A DNA stretch of 64,000 nucleotides from Phoronis australis. Taxonomy: Eukaryota > Animalia > Phoronida. A program made the position numbers and the translations under genes. This document shows, piece by piece, positions 12,301 to 23,796 of this stretch (its first letter is position 1; each line of letters begins with the position of its first letter). Location of the stretch: positions 335,058 to 399,057 of the forward strand of contig NMRA01000372.1 in the NCBI GenBank assembly GCA_002633005.1, written 5' to 3'. Under the pieces are notes generated by a model. The model made no database searches and had not been told where the DNA came from. It saw nothing but the letters and a program-made list of their open reading frames with translations.

Positions 12301-15300
12301 GTCGCGCAATGTGATGGCCTTGCTCATTAGCAATTGGTCATCAAGGGTTTGGTCGCTTCAATCTCCTTTAAGTCGTCCGCGTGGCTTGTTAGGTTAGGTA
12401 GACTCTGGTTCAGCTTCTCCTTACTGGCGCTTTACAGTTAGGAATGTTTGAAAATTGAACATTGGGAAAGTCTCAAAGTCTCAACAGAGGTGACCCTCGT
12501 CTCTCGGCGCTTTGCATCGTAGAATCATTGATGACGATCGCTGCATACAATGTATCACTCATTTGGTTTACATCAAAATTTGTACGGTTGCAGTTCACAC
12601 AGTTGGAGAGGTGAAAAGCAAACCTCAAACTGCATATTTTACGGATGGTTTGAGGTTTGAACAATGTGAGTTTAGATGTAGTTGGGGAATGGGAACGTCT
12701 TGGTGATGGCCCGTTTCGGCTACGGAAATGTCCATTGTAGTAATCTCCAAATAACTTCAAAATTTTGAGAAATGATCCAAAAAGTAGAATGGTTTTACTC
12801 CCTGTCCAAAATGAGCCATCGAAAGAATTCGGTTCGATTCTACAACTAAAAAATGGATGGTTTGAAGTGCTTTAAAACATCATTTAGCTTGTGTTGACAA
12901 GTGACTTCCTACTTGTGCATAGCACTGCAAATTTCAATCGTGAATTCAATATCCCAAAAACGAGGAAATAGAAGAAAGGCGGCTTCAACTGGAAGTTTCT
13001 TAGCTCCACGGACATGAGTATGGCATGTGAACGTACCCAGCGCCAGTGTGTAATGTCCACCAAAACACGAGTTGTGCCACATCCGCGCTTCCCCGGGAAA
13101 ATGAAGAGAGTCACAACGTGGACGAATACAATGCTCGTTATTCCTTATACCACAAACCACGGAAAAACGAGCACCAACATTTGACGACTTTTCACATTGA
13201 AAAAGATGGAGCCGATGACTTCAACTGTGATTGGTTGTCTCGGTTTCCGTCGTATGCATCGACCAATAAATGCTCGTAACTCGATATCAGCTAACTAACA
13301 TAACGCCAGATAGTGTTTCCAGGTGTTCTGGAACCACAAAGAAGAAAGCCAAGCAAACCAAGGGTTGGGGTAGTACATTTGATTAACTTTTCCCAACTAC
13401 ACAATTAATTTTGAAGACAATATACTTAAAGTAATTACAAGGTAATTTATGAGGGACTTTGGAATGAAAAAACACTTAATACTTTAATTACTAATTGCTT
13501 AGAGGTGTATTTGTACCATGACCTTAACCTAAACACAGTTACAAATTGTAAATTAAATCATTTCATGAATGGTAGAAAGAGGCTGATCTAGGATTTTGAG
13601 TTGGGGGGACAGGGTACAGTATTAGCCAGGATTTTGCCCGTCAGACATTCGCACCCCCTAACTGCCAAATGGAATCTGGGAGCATTTTAGTGGTGCCCTG
13701 ACCCCCTTGGACCCCCCTCCTAAATTCCACAACTGGTAGATCTTCTCCGCCTATCGAATTTCCATTCCTTTCTATTCTGGGATTCGCGTGCTAACCTTAT
13801 CACATTGCCACCCCTTGAGCACGTCTGGGAAGGAGTTATACTACGTAGTGCTTGACTTTCTTACAAAAGAGCTCAAAATCGCGGGACTTTGACATTGTTG
13901 AACGCACCTCTGCCCGGATCATTCTAGTCCTCAGTCCACGCTGAATGCGCTGAAAATTTGGTCATGGACGTGTCCGTTTCTAATCTTGCTCGTTTCTCTG
14001 CACAAAAATTCAATTTGCTGAAATTCAATTTCACGGGCGTGGTTCCTGTAAGTGGTTGCTACGGTGTATATCCTGCGGTGTTTTGGCGTGAAAAGTAAAC
14101 AAACTGACGCAATTAATCTCTCTAGTGCAATTGTGTTTTCATATCTGACATCACAAAGTCACATGAATGTTTAATTCTAGGACCCTACGGTACAGTCTTG
14201 TTGGGAAATACGTACACTGCGCTGATTGCACTTAATCGACTTCATTGAGGCTTATGATTACTTCTCGATGATGACTTCCGGCTTTTAAACCAATCAAATG
14301 CCTTATTCCATTGATCGTTCAGTTTGTCGGTCACGAGTTATATCAACCAAGTTCGAATAGTAATTACCGATGGTTGCCGTTATCTTGGTTAGACCTTAAC
14401 CCGATGAACATAACATACTGAGACGTATATCTAATTTTCGACTTGAATCCGTTTCCACCCTGACTATATCTCGACAGAACAGGCATTGCTCATCGTTGTC
14501 GATCTCGCGACAACTTACGGCGCCATACCGTTACAGAATTCAACAAATACATGTATCGTCGAGTCGAAATAACGTAACTTCACATTGAACTGCGCCAATG
14601 GTTTGACAAAAATGCTACTTTTGCGACAAAAATGAGCAAACTTCCAAATAATTCTGGCAATGTGTTTATCCAAGTTTGTCAAAGTTCTGTCCAACTCCCT
14701 GTCAAGCTTATTTTGATAACTACATGCACAAAACGCACCGAGAGTGGCGTATATGAAGTAATATCCTTCGGTCTCGGTCGATACGTATTCAGCAGTCTGT
14801 AGCACATCCTTTAGAAAGAGCGCATCGCTCGATACGTGGGGATATTTTAATATATTTTAATAACGACGCTCGTCATTTTAGTGTTACTAGTTTTACTATT
14901 TTACATTTTTATTCATCGGTAACTGCAAGGCATTGCAACATCTCTCAGGTTGATGATATGGGCAAAACCTCTTGGAAATTTCGTCAAAATCTCAAGGCTT
15001 TCCGAGGAATTTTGACGAAATTTCCAAGAGGTTTTCCCATGTCATAAATCTGAGACGAGTGTAGGATTTGGTTCCTCAATTGAACCGTAAAAACAGTCTT
15101 TTTTTGCTGAAAAACTCTACGTGTCTAAAACAGTCAACCACACGACGCAACTTTTGTAAAAACACGCTTGCGCAATGTAAATTAATTCAGTTACGTTTTC
15201 TTAATAGGTTTATCTCAAGCTTAAAAATTGTAAATTGCAGTCAGATTTCGTAGCAAATATTAAAGTTTGGATCTAATAAATATTCTTTGAAGTTGTAATA

Positions 15301-18300
15301 TTGAAACTTTACAAATGTTTCTAAATAACAGTCAGCAAGGCTTCCCCGCGCTTGTACACTGAATTGGCTGTAAAGGAGATTGCCACACTATTTAATTAGT
15401 CATTTTTAACGTCTTAATCGGTCTATATCCACGTCGCCTCTAATACGTCACCTTGCCGAGAGGTGTCGCGTAAACATGTGAGAAAGGTGAGAAGCGACGC
15501 AGCGACGTCAATGGTTCGTCTGCAGAGTGAATGCCGCTATATTGCAGTGCATCGGTTCCCGCTTGTCTGAACTATAAAGCTGCGAAGAAAGCGGGTATAT
15601 CGTTTTTTCGACTTCCTCGAGAGCCCGAAATGTTTAGGAAGTGGCTTGCGGTAGTGAAGAATGAATGGTATGCTGTTAATAAAATGTATGAGGCCGGGAA
15701 ACATCTCCGTGTCTGTGGCCGGCATTTCGTCGACAGTGATTTCTCTGACGAATTCCGGTTTACCAAAGAACTATACATACGTTCCGTTGCCTATGCATGT
15801 TCACTACGACTCTCTAGTAGTACTTCTTGATCAATGTATTCTGGTTCGAACTGATAGCCTGTGAAACCTAACGATCCGTGAAGTCTTCTTCGGATGAATT
15901 CTTGACTAAGTCGGGATTGGCGCCGGGCGAGTTGCCATTTAGACGTTTATTATTCTGCGTTCTATTTCAAAATGGATTATTCTCATCTTAAAATGATCCT
16001 AACCGATGTGAAACTGAAACAAAGTTTGTCTCATTAGATACACTGATTTGTAACGCCATGGAGTCCTCGTGAGTGCAAATGTTTTGAGAAGCCAGCAATA
16101 TGAATAAACTACTGCGTTACTGGCGTATGATTCCGACAACAAAGGTAATTGACCGGGCATCGAGGCCGTGTGAGCGCATGCTAATTCAGTGTTTACTGAC
16201 AGAAAGCTGTTGTGAAACAATTACTCGATTTTATATGCTATTGTCACGTGTTAGGGGAGTCTTTATTTAGAAATACAAATACATTATTCAAATTATTACT
16301 GTACAACCTTTGCCCTGACGGTCTGTGGAAGGGGAACCCGACTTCGCGGCTCCCGACAAGAAAAGTGAGTAGATTTTCAGTTTCGTGGCTAATTACGTGC
16401 ACATTATTTCTTAGGCTCACTGTTATAGTCTTTTCGTGACTGGAGGTTTAGTTTCCAACTCAAGCTGGTTTATGTTCATGCCAGTTCCGGCGGCCGCGAC
16501 GGGCCTGATCGGGTTCCTAGCCACTGGCCGGGATAACGATTTGTTATTAAACAGTTGAATCGTAACACATTCCAGGTCATGTGAGAAATGGTTGTATTGC
16601 ATTCGACTGATTCAACGCGTACCGGGGATAAAGCAAACTGTATCAAGTATCAGGCTTCAAAAACAAAAAATGACACTGGCTGATATGGGAAGCCAAGTTA
16701 AATTTTCGAAGGAAGAATTTCGCGTCAACCATGAAAAGAGCAGTCGCAGGCTGGGTGGGCCCTTAACCCATGCATTGTGTCTTGCGTTTCAAATGTTATC
16801 TTTCCTAAATTCGTGACTGTGATCGTTTCCCTGGACTAGATTTAGGTGGGTGCATTACAGTTTATTTACACTCACAATTACATGTTTGAAGCAGCAAAAA
16901 CGCTCCTCTTGGGAGAAACTTACTTTTGGTTCGTGGATCATTTGCGGCTAAATCGATCTCAACTTGTTACTTACATATACAGTAGGTGAGTTTTAGTTTT
17001 AAAAAGAAAAGAACCGTTTGTTATTGCTCAAAACCATGTATTAAATTGGCACGCCGAGACAACTCAACTTGTAGAGCCTTGTCTCGTGAGCGATAACGCA
17101 CAGCCAATTTTTCCAAGACTGAGAAACCTGACCTGTTTTGACTAAAGAACAACTTGAGAACCATTTCATAACGGTACATGTACGTCAAATGCAGTGGCGT
17201 ATCTAGAGGGGGGCTAAGGGGGCCATTCGCCCCTCCCCCTAAAATTCTCCCAGATTACATTTGTAGTTACAAGGATGCGAATGTCTGACGGGAAAAATGG
17301 CTAATACTCTGCCCTATCCCCGCCATCCTAACTCAAAATCCTGGATCCGCCCCTGAAGCGCCTTATCAAAAGTTGGTGTTTGTGGTGAAAGGTAGGTTTA
17401 TAGATTTCCTACATGTACATGTGACCTTTGTGTGGCTTAAGGTAGTTTTCGAGAGCGGCAAAGTAACTTTTGTTGTAACTAATGCTAACGCAACTCTGAT
17501 TCTGTCTGTTATGTGGGAAACAGTAAGAGTGCCGCGCTCTTTCGTCTACTGTGTAATTGGCAAACACTGAGCAGATGAAGCGTAGAACCGATGTCTTTTG
17601 GAGTATCATGTTGACCACTTGGGGTCAATGAGTGAACAGTTGTATCTTTCTAACTTAGCTCTGATCGATTTTTTTCGAAATTCACTGTCAAACCCGGGGG
17701 GCAAGTCAGTTGGTGTAACTTGTCTTCCAAATTGGTGGATACATGTATGCCCGGCCAAAATGTATAGGCTATCCATAACAGGTAGAATCGTGCCCCTGAT
17801 ATTTGTACCTGCATACATGTATGCCACAGAGAGCTTAAACCATGGCTAGTACATACACATGTAATTATACCTCGTCTGGAAAAACTCCTTCCAAATTATA
17901 TACCGTTCTTTGTCTATCGCCTGGGTGACAAGCAAACTGAAGCAATAAACCGAAACTAATGTCAAGCAAAATTGTAGTCTCCATATCATTTGTATACTTT
18001 TTAAACTAACCGGCACCTCGGAGTAATATCAAAATGTTGAAAAGGCAACCCAAACCTAGAACGCTGAAAACGGCACCCCACCTTAGTTGCACGTTCACAC
18101 TATTCCCATTAAACTGACTGCCCTCCCCCCGGGACTTGCATACAGTATACATCAAGCACCACACTCCGTTCCGTTAACTCACTAGGCATCGATTTTAATC
18201 TTCGCTATCGAGCATTCTTCCGCAGGTTCGGTGACTTTGGCGTTTCAACAAATCATGAACTAAAATGTACAGTAACTACTGTACAGACTGTAGGAATTGC

Positions 18301-21300
18301 GCGTGTTCTCGTTTATGCACACAAACCAAATCGATTTCAGATTTCATGTAAAGAAGGATGTGATATTAGTCATCCATTTAGAACAATAAAATGAAAGTTT
18401 CGATGCTGTCTACGGCAGGATATGACGCTGAAGGTTGAATCAAATAAGTATTGATAAAGTCAGGCGAATTTCACGACGCACGATCTTGTACTAACAATAA
18501 ATTGACCCTTTTCGCCTGTCAGTGTCTGCGGTCATCCTCAGGGCAGTGGTAAAGGGGACAGCTTCTTGCCCATTATACCGGAAAGAAAACACTTTGGGTA
18601 TAGGAAACCCCATTTAGGAAAGCGTGAAACAGGAAGTGAAATGTGACGTATGTCACTACCCTCTTTCTGACGTTCATGACATCTTATTACGTTACCCAAG
18701 GCGGGAACTTCATCACGTGACTCCTAGTCCAACTAACAATCATTGTGAGTTTGACCGCTGACATTCACGGTCAAAACATTCAGTCTACAGGTACTAGCCA
18801 TCATTGTGAGTTTGACCACTGACATTCACGGTCAAAACATTCAGTCTACAGGTACTAGCCATCATTGTGAGTATGACTGCTGACATTCACGGTCAAAACA
18901 TTCAGTCTACAAGTACTAGCCATCATTGTGAGTTTGACCACTGACATTCACGGTCAAAACATTTAGTCTACAGGTACTAGCCATCATTGTGAGTATGACT
19001 GCTGACATTCACGGTCGAAAACATTCAATCTACAGCAAGTAGTCAATTTTGTCTCCTGAAATTCCCCTGATATTTGCAACCGAATGAGGGTGGTCGTTCT
19101 CTGCAGTTTATACTCTGCAAATGTGACTTGAATAAATATTGCATGATTTTTCAGGGTTTGTCGCCATCTGAAAAGTCAAATCATGTTTTTAATTCATTAC
19201 ATATTCAGATAACACAGACACAGGAGACTATTTGTTGCGATCAAAAAAAAGAAAACGGCCCCGAGGAATTGCAAGTCCGACCAAACGAAAATGGTGGTTC
19301 AAGGTTATGTATGACATCACCAGCAACTCCAAGCAATTACCAAAATATCTAGAAAAGTAGAGATTTTAACCTGAGTAAAAGCACATATTTTCGAAAAGTA
19401 AAAAGTCTGTAGAATTCGATATTTGAATTTTCACCAATCTGCTGTTAATTGGGTCACGTGACTATACCCTTTAATAAAATTTAAACACAACAAAGGTACA
19501 TTGAACGCAAAACAACTACATCAATCGCATGATCAGATAATAGTATTCAAGCTGAGTTATTGAAAACGCTGTTACGGTTTTTTTAAATTTCGTGTCGGTT
19601 TAGCTTTAAGCAACTTGAACGTTTTTTTTTGAAAGTCGTAAGAGTTTTATTTTTGATATCTCCTCGTGTAACAGCGGAACATTTAAAAACAATTACTGAA
19701 GCGTTTTTAGTTTGAAAATAAGGCATAAACACTTTTCTAAAATATCATTTCGTTTTAGTTTTATGCAACTTGTAAGTTTTTTTTTTTTGAAAATCACAAA
19801 AGTCTTCCTTTTTGATATCTCCTCATGCATCAGTGGAACATTTAAAAACAATTACTGACGGCGTATAGCATGTGAAAGTTCAATTTTGATGTTCCAAGGT
19901 CAGTTGAAATTGCACGTTTTTGGACGGTCCTTCACAACCTTAAAGTTATACAGAACACTACATCAGAAAGAATGGCCGACTGAAATAAGAACGAAGCGGC
20001 GCTATTGTTAAAAACCAAAAAATAAGAACTGAATGTACACGAATCAGATTTATTTTGTAACCACAGTGTTGTATAATGATAATAAACAAAAATTGTTAAC
20101 TTGCCTTTTTCCACGTCTCGAATTTTGTGAGGATCGCAAAATTAAATGAAAACATCGACACTTCCAACTATGTGAAACCGAGTGTCCAAATGTGACAACC
20201 ATATTACCTAAACAGTGTTCAATATAATTTCAAGGTGTTACTGGGTGAATATTCGTAGGTAATATCTTTTCTTTAAATTTGTTTACCCATTCACGTAAAT
20301 ATGTGCATGAAAAAGACTGCAAATTAACTTTTTTCTCCACATGGAGTCTAAATTACCCTAACAATGTTTGTGCAGTACGCAGTGTCGTGTTTACTCGCTC
20401 GTATTGTCACCTGATAACTGTGAGTAGTAGCCGAGACGTTACAAGCTCGACTGATTGCAGAACTATATCCGTGTATTGATCTTTTCTTGCATTTCAGTAA
20501 GAGTTACCATAGGCTCGGTGATTTTTTTTCGGACCAAGTCAACAAAAACTTTGTAGGGGACATGGACAATTTGATAAGCGTTCTCAAAAATGAGTTATCT
20601 GTCGAAATTCACTTCTCAATAAATCCATGTCAAGCCTCAAGACAACGTAACATTAACGTTAAAGGACACTGAACCCTGTTCAATTTGCTAACCCGATTGT
20701 TTTTTGAATTGTTTGAAATGTTTTTACGAGTTCTCGCAAAGTCTTGAATTTTTAACAAATGCGATTTTCAATGCATTGCAGGGATTTCTTTCCCAAAATG
20801 CCTTGGTTGAGCCAGGGGCATAATCAACGTCAAGTCCAACGCAGTCTCTCATAGGCTCATTGCAAATACTATGACGTCATTATGCAAGTTTGTGATTGGA
20901 TAATTTGGTGGAAACCGGCAATGTTCCAAAATTATACTCCAAATCTCGTACAGTACGTCATCCCAACCCGGAGTCTATGGGAACCCCTGTATTTGTTCTC
21001 CCGTTCGCTCTCTTCGGTCTGCGTATAATGGTAAAATGTGTATTTCATAACCTACAGTAAAGACTGGAATGAAACTCAAATGTATCGGATGTGCGTCCGC
21101 ACGCAAGAATCCTTTGTGTCGTGGCGTTGGCATATTCGGATTTTTTGTACCCAATGATCACAAAAGGTCTTGGTGTATAAAAACAAAAACGATTCGGTTT
21201 TATTTGGATTGTAACTGTCTTATTAGCTAAACTCAGCAACTGCCATACAATGATAGACCGATCCTGAGAGCGATACCACGTCAAATGGTCCGAAAGAGAG

Positions 21301-22092
21301 CAATCTTGTCCGAGGTCTGATACGATCGAGGGATGGGTCTATATGTGCTTTATAACAAGAGCAACTACAAGGGGTTATGTTTTCTATGGGTTCTTGTTGG
21401 ACAGACCACGAATAGTGACACCTATAACGTCCGGATGACATAAATAAAAAACGATGTTCCGGAAAAAACGGAAGTTACCGTCGTTCGTGTTTCAGCCAAT
21501 CCTAAACTAGAAGTATCAGTCATCGTTGTACTGACAACAAATATTATGTTATTCAGTGTCTTCTTGTGTACCCAAGATTGTCCTGGAAACTTTTCATTAT
21601 ACAAGAGTTTCGAACACGTTTGAATGATCGTAACAATGTTTGCTAAAAGCAAGCGTGCAGGCCTACACGAAAGTAAAACCAATAACGGCGCGATCTATTC
21701 CGTTTTAACTGAAAACGTTTTCTTCCAAAGTCGATATACTAATAACAAGACACAGATTCCTGCAGACAGAGAACGTACTTTAATATGTCTTTAAGGCATC
21801 AAGCATGTCATTTGTTTCGTTTTTGTCCTAAAATTATGATTAATGCGGATGAATTTTTCTTATTTTCCAAAGAAAATTCGTTTTGACAGTGATGATTTTC
21901 CTCGCATCTAGCATCAAAGAGGACTAGGCTACATTGTCGGGTCTATACGGTATGAACGTACGCAAGAAAAATATAAATTAATATACCAATTTTTGTAGCG
22001 ATGCAACATAAGTTCGTGTAGTAAAGAGTTCACTTACCTTTCCCAAACAGCGAGGTCAGGCAGATACACACTGCGATGCGTGCACCAACCAT
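252..22092 (-). CDS. Multi-exon gene (3' end beyond window) for a secreted protein with repeated beta-sandwich (DUF11/fimbrial-like) domains
   Basis: Exons have AG/GT boundaries and compatible phases: 22092-22038 (ph1), 17-nt microexon (11307-11291 or 9878-9862), 141 nt (10631-10491 or 9201-9061), 8573-8418, 222 nt (6184-5963 or 4875-4654), 2643-2457, 356-252. Spliced frame is open: MVGARIAVCICLTSLFGKGCWAAITGAGLPSVTTITMEKTGAFASQTNVKVGDVISFKLSIWIP... An unseen small exon cannot be excluded. Confidence 0.8.
2457..2643 (-). CDS. 187-nt exon starting the second repeat domain
   Basis: TTCCAG|GAA...CTG|GTAAGT; ESTKLPEFQLSKNHSSVNVGQSAKYSLKMTLYNAASTYYIDMYAPVNATGLAKLCGVTIAET. Confidence 0.8.
3251..3881. 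mobile_element. Diverged palindromic (fold-back/MITE-like) element
   Basis: About 300-bp imperfect inverted arms centred on ATGACGTCAT (3571-3580); ends GTATCCCGACT/AGTCGGGATAC; core shared with 60007-60876. Confidence 0.75.
4654..4875 (-). CDS. 222-nt exon, copy A
   Basis: Same splice sites as copy B; two amino-acid differences (T/A, D/E). Confidence 0.75.
5963..6184 (-). CDS. 222-nt exon, copy B
   Basis: TTGTAG|TAC...CTG|GTATGT; YDRCVIDFGSVSNVASDSSNKDKSTIVITFDTMVLYLPDMQNNQALDVSTGVSYENTNKIWVAEHIFYLVLDTL. Confidence 0.75.
6376..7727. mobile_element. Non-autonomous DNA element with diverged repeat-rich TIRs (possibly Ginger-like)
   Basis: Left GCAGGCCGAAATTTTCACACTGTCCCATATTGTCACAACTTCAAAA is the inverse of right TTTTGAAGTTGTGACAACTTGGTACGGTGTGACAAATTTTGCCTGCACA; TTGTGACAATTTGG subrepeats; right end reads TGT on the minus strand; TSD not clear. 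Confidence 0.5.
8418..8573 (-). CDS. 156-nt exon of secreted repeat protein
   Basis: TTTTAG|GCC...TAT|GTGAGC; AELLAPSMNNTDGKPVAAAMAIKDVQVTIPKDPNFPNTSSTDRCFATYTKGY; phase 0-0. Confidence 0.75.
9061..9201 (-). CDS. 141-nt exon, copy A
   Basis: Same splice sites as copy B; begins TGAGLPSVTT rather than TGVGLPTMTT. Confidence 0.75.
9862..9878 (-). CDS. 17-nt microexon, copy A
   Basis: Identical to 11291-11307, inside the duplicated block. Confidence 0.6.
10491..10631 (-). CDS. 141-nt exon, copy B
   Basis: TTTCAG|ACC...AAG|GTAAAT; TGVGLPTMTTITMEKTGAFASQTNVKVGDVISFKLSIWIPNLQTDLK. Confidence 0.75.
11291..11307 (-). CDS. 17-nt microexon, copy B
   Basis: TTTTCAG|GATGCTGGGCTGCCATC|GTAAGT; converts phase 1 to 0 and completes a plausible signal cleavage site (GCWA-AI). 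Confidence 0.65.
13577..13735 (-). mobile_element. hAT-type MITE with 5-bp TSD
   Basis: Degenerate reverse copy of the CAGTGGCGGAT...GATCCGCCCCTG family; GTAGA on both flanks (13572-13576, 13736-13740). Confidence 0.7.
14943..15055. repeat. Short hairpin/palindrome
   Basis: Perfect 27-bp inverted repeat AAAACCTCTTGGAAATTTCGTCAAAAT (14964-14990 / 15009-15035) with imperfect extension. Confidence 0.85.
15531..15830 (+). pseudogene. THAP zinc-finger ORF, probably a truncated transposon-derived fragment, antisense within intron 1
   Basis: Starts at ATG with MPLYCSASVPAC...GISFFRLP...RKW...LRVCGRHF, the THAP C2CH pattern with conserved P, W and F; C-terminal AVPTIF box and any transposase domain not seen. 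Confidence 0.75.
17192..17355 (+). mobile_element. hAT-type MITE
   Basis: CAGTGGCGTATCT...GGATCCGCCCCTG termini; body matches copies at 13577, 25346 and 63371; flanks AAATG/AAGCG match only partly. Confidence 0.75.
18739..19035. repeat. 61-bp minisatellite, about 4.8 copies
   Basis: Unit ATCATTGTGAGTTTGACCRCTGACATTCACGGTCAAAACATTCAGTCTACAGGTACTAGCC, no spacers. Confidence 0.95.
22038..22092 (-). CDS. Secreted repeat protein, coding exon 1 (signal peptide)
   Basis: AAGATGG start context, hydrophobic MVGARIAVCICLTSLFGK, donor AAG|GTAAGT, phase 1. Confidence 0.7.
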
Positions 22093-22449
22093 CTTGTAAC
22101 TGTTTTCACTGACGATAATGTTGACTTATATCAGACAATGAAATGAGACGCGAAACTATCCATAAATGATTTACGTACAAGCTTTCCGCTAATCACTTGA
22201 TATTTAATTTTTATGAATAATTAATACGCTATCATTCTCCATTGGTAACACGCGGTTTAAACTCGACGTTAATGTATTGAAATTTATATCACAATAACTT
22301 CATGAATGCGATTTGATATCGATCGATTATCATGTGCGGTATACATGTAACTGACGTGAGCGTTTACATTGTATTCCCCCTAGTGTCTCTGGGCTTAGAG
22401 AGGAAAAAATCCGCTTTCACTGTACGACTACGGAACTGAAAAATAAAAA

Positions 22450-22590
22450 GATGATGGTGTTGGTTGTGGTGGTGGTCATAACGATGATGAAAACGATGAT
22501 GACGATGACGGCGGCAGCGGAGGCGGCGATACTGCAGCTGCCGCTGATGATGACGATGATGATGATGTGGTGGTGATTGTAATGGTGATG
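22450..22590. repeat. Degenerate GAT/GGT/GGC trinucleotide low-complexity tract
   Basis: GATGATGACGATGACGGCGGCAGCGG...GATGATGATGATGTGGTGGTG. Confidence 0.8.
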
Positions 22591-22813
22591 CTTTCTATTT
22601 GCAAAGTTTAGTTTTGCGTCATCTAAACTTGGAGCTATTTTAAAATTAGACTTGATTACCGTCTAACGTTCATAAGGACATTTTGTTGGGAACACACAGA
22701 TTATGCAAGACCCAATTAGCGAAGTTTATTTAGTAACATCTGGGAAGTACAGAAGTTAATGCATATACACTACCTTTAAACAATGCATTCGGTGAAATAT
22801 CCGCAGGTACATG

Positions 22814-23796
22814 CATAGGCGGATTTAGGGGGGGGCAGGGGGCCCGGCCCCCCCCCCCCTTGGCTGCCGCAAAAAAATCATAGGGAAATGTTTATTATTA
22901 ATTAACCCCGGTAATTAAAGTTATACGGATGAAAAAAGATTTAAATGTGTGCACTTTTAGTGTTGGGGGGGGCTCAAATCCAATTTCAAGTGTCAAATTC
23001 GGAACATGGCGCATTCGTGACGGAACTATGGCTAAGTATAGCCTTTCCCGCTATATCCCAGGCGACCGGCAGTGGCGCTGCGCACTACGACTCAGTTTCC
23101 GTCGTCTGCTCCACTGTGCAATGAAGAAAATTTACTTCATTTTTTAAAGAAAATGGAACCTGAGTGACGATGAAAAAACAGAAGCTGCTGGAAAGATGTG
23201 AAATTTAATCGAAGCCTTTGTGAATCACTCAGAAACGCGCAATACTCTCTTTGTCAAACCTTATGTTAAGACGACTTCCAAAGCAATGCCGTCATTATTG
23301 CCAACATGAAAAACGGATTTGGTCTTTTGGGCATTCGAAAACTATATTAAATACGACAAATGTGTTAAGAATCGATGGCATAAACATTACAAAAAGAAGT
23401 AGGTTTCGCGCGCAAACGCTGTGGACCATAAAGAAGTAGGTCTCTTAAAATAAACTTAGTAGTTAAATCGTGGTGGTGTAGCGGTAACGGTAACGGTCAC
23501 GCTCACTATGCTCAAGGTCGAGAGTTCGAGTCTTTGGTATTAGCAGTTTTTCCTGTTTGACACGTCCTCTTTTTTTGCCTTTTTTCTTGGATAATACTTC
23601 AGGAATGAAGGAAAATGCTTGATTTTTAGAGGTAAAAACAGAAAAATTTCCTGGGCGGGAGGGGGGCAAACCCCCCTCCCGACCTCCCCCCATGCGGTGC
23701 TATGCGCATCTACAATCGTTGTTCAGTTTGCGCAAATGTTTCCAGCCGGATAAAATGTTGGGCCCCCCCCCTTGTGATATCCTAGATCCGCCACTG
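22814..23796 (+). mobile_element. About 1-kb non-autonomous hAT-type element with 5-bp TSD
   Basis: TIRs CATAGGCGGATTTAGG / CCTAGATCCGCCACTG; ACATG duplicated at 22809-22813 and 23797-23801; G/C-run subterminal regions. Confidence 0.8.
23468..23545 (+). pseudogene. Degenerate tRNA-like (Pol III A/B box) fragment inside hAT element
   Basis: A-box-like TGGTGTAGCGGT and B-box/T-arm-like GAGAGTTCGAGTCTT at tRNA-like spacing; GGTAAC duplication and poor acceptor stem argue against function. Confidence 0.5.

Noticed and set aside
18739-19035. CRISPR-like array of palindromic repeats
   Set aside because: Units are contiguous with no unique spacers, no cas genes, eukaryotic context; it is a minisatellite.
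21069-21230. Weak THAP-like peptide MKLKCIGCASARKNPLCRGVGIFGFFVP..RSW
   Set aside because: Lacks the CxxH motif and ends in a stop; resemblance could be chance.
23468-23545. Functional tRNA gene
   Set aside because: Acceptor and anticodon stems do not pair well and it lies within a transposon; kept only as a degenerate fragment.
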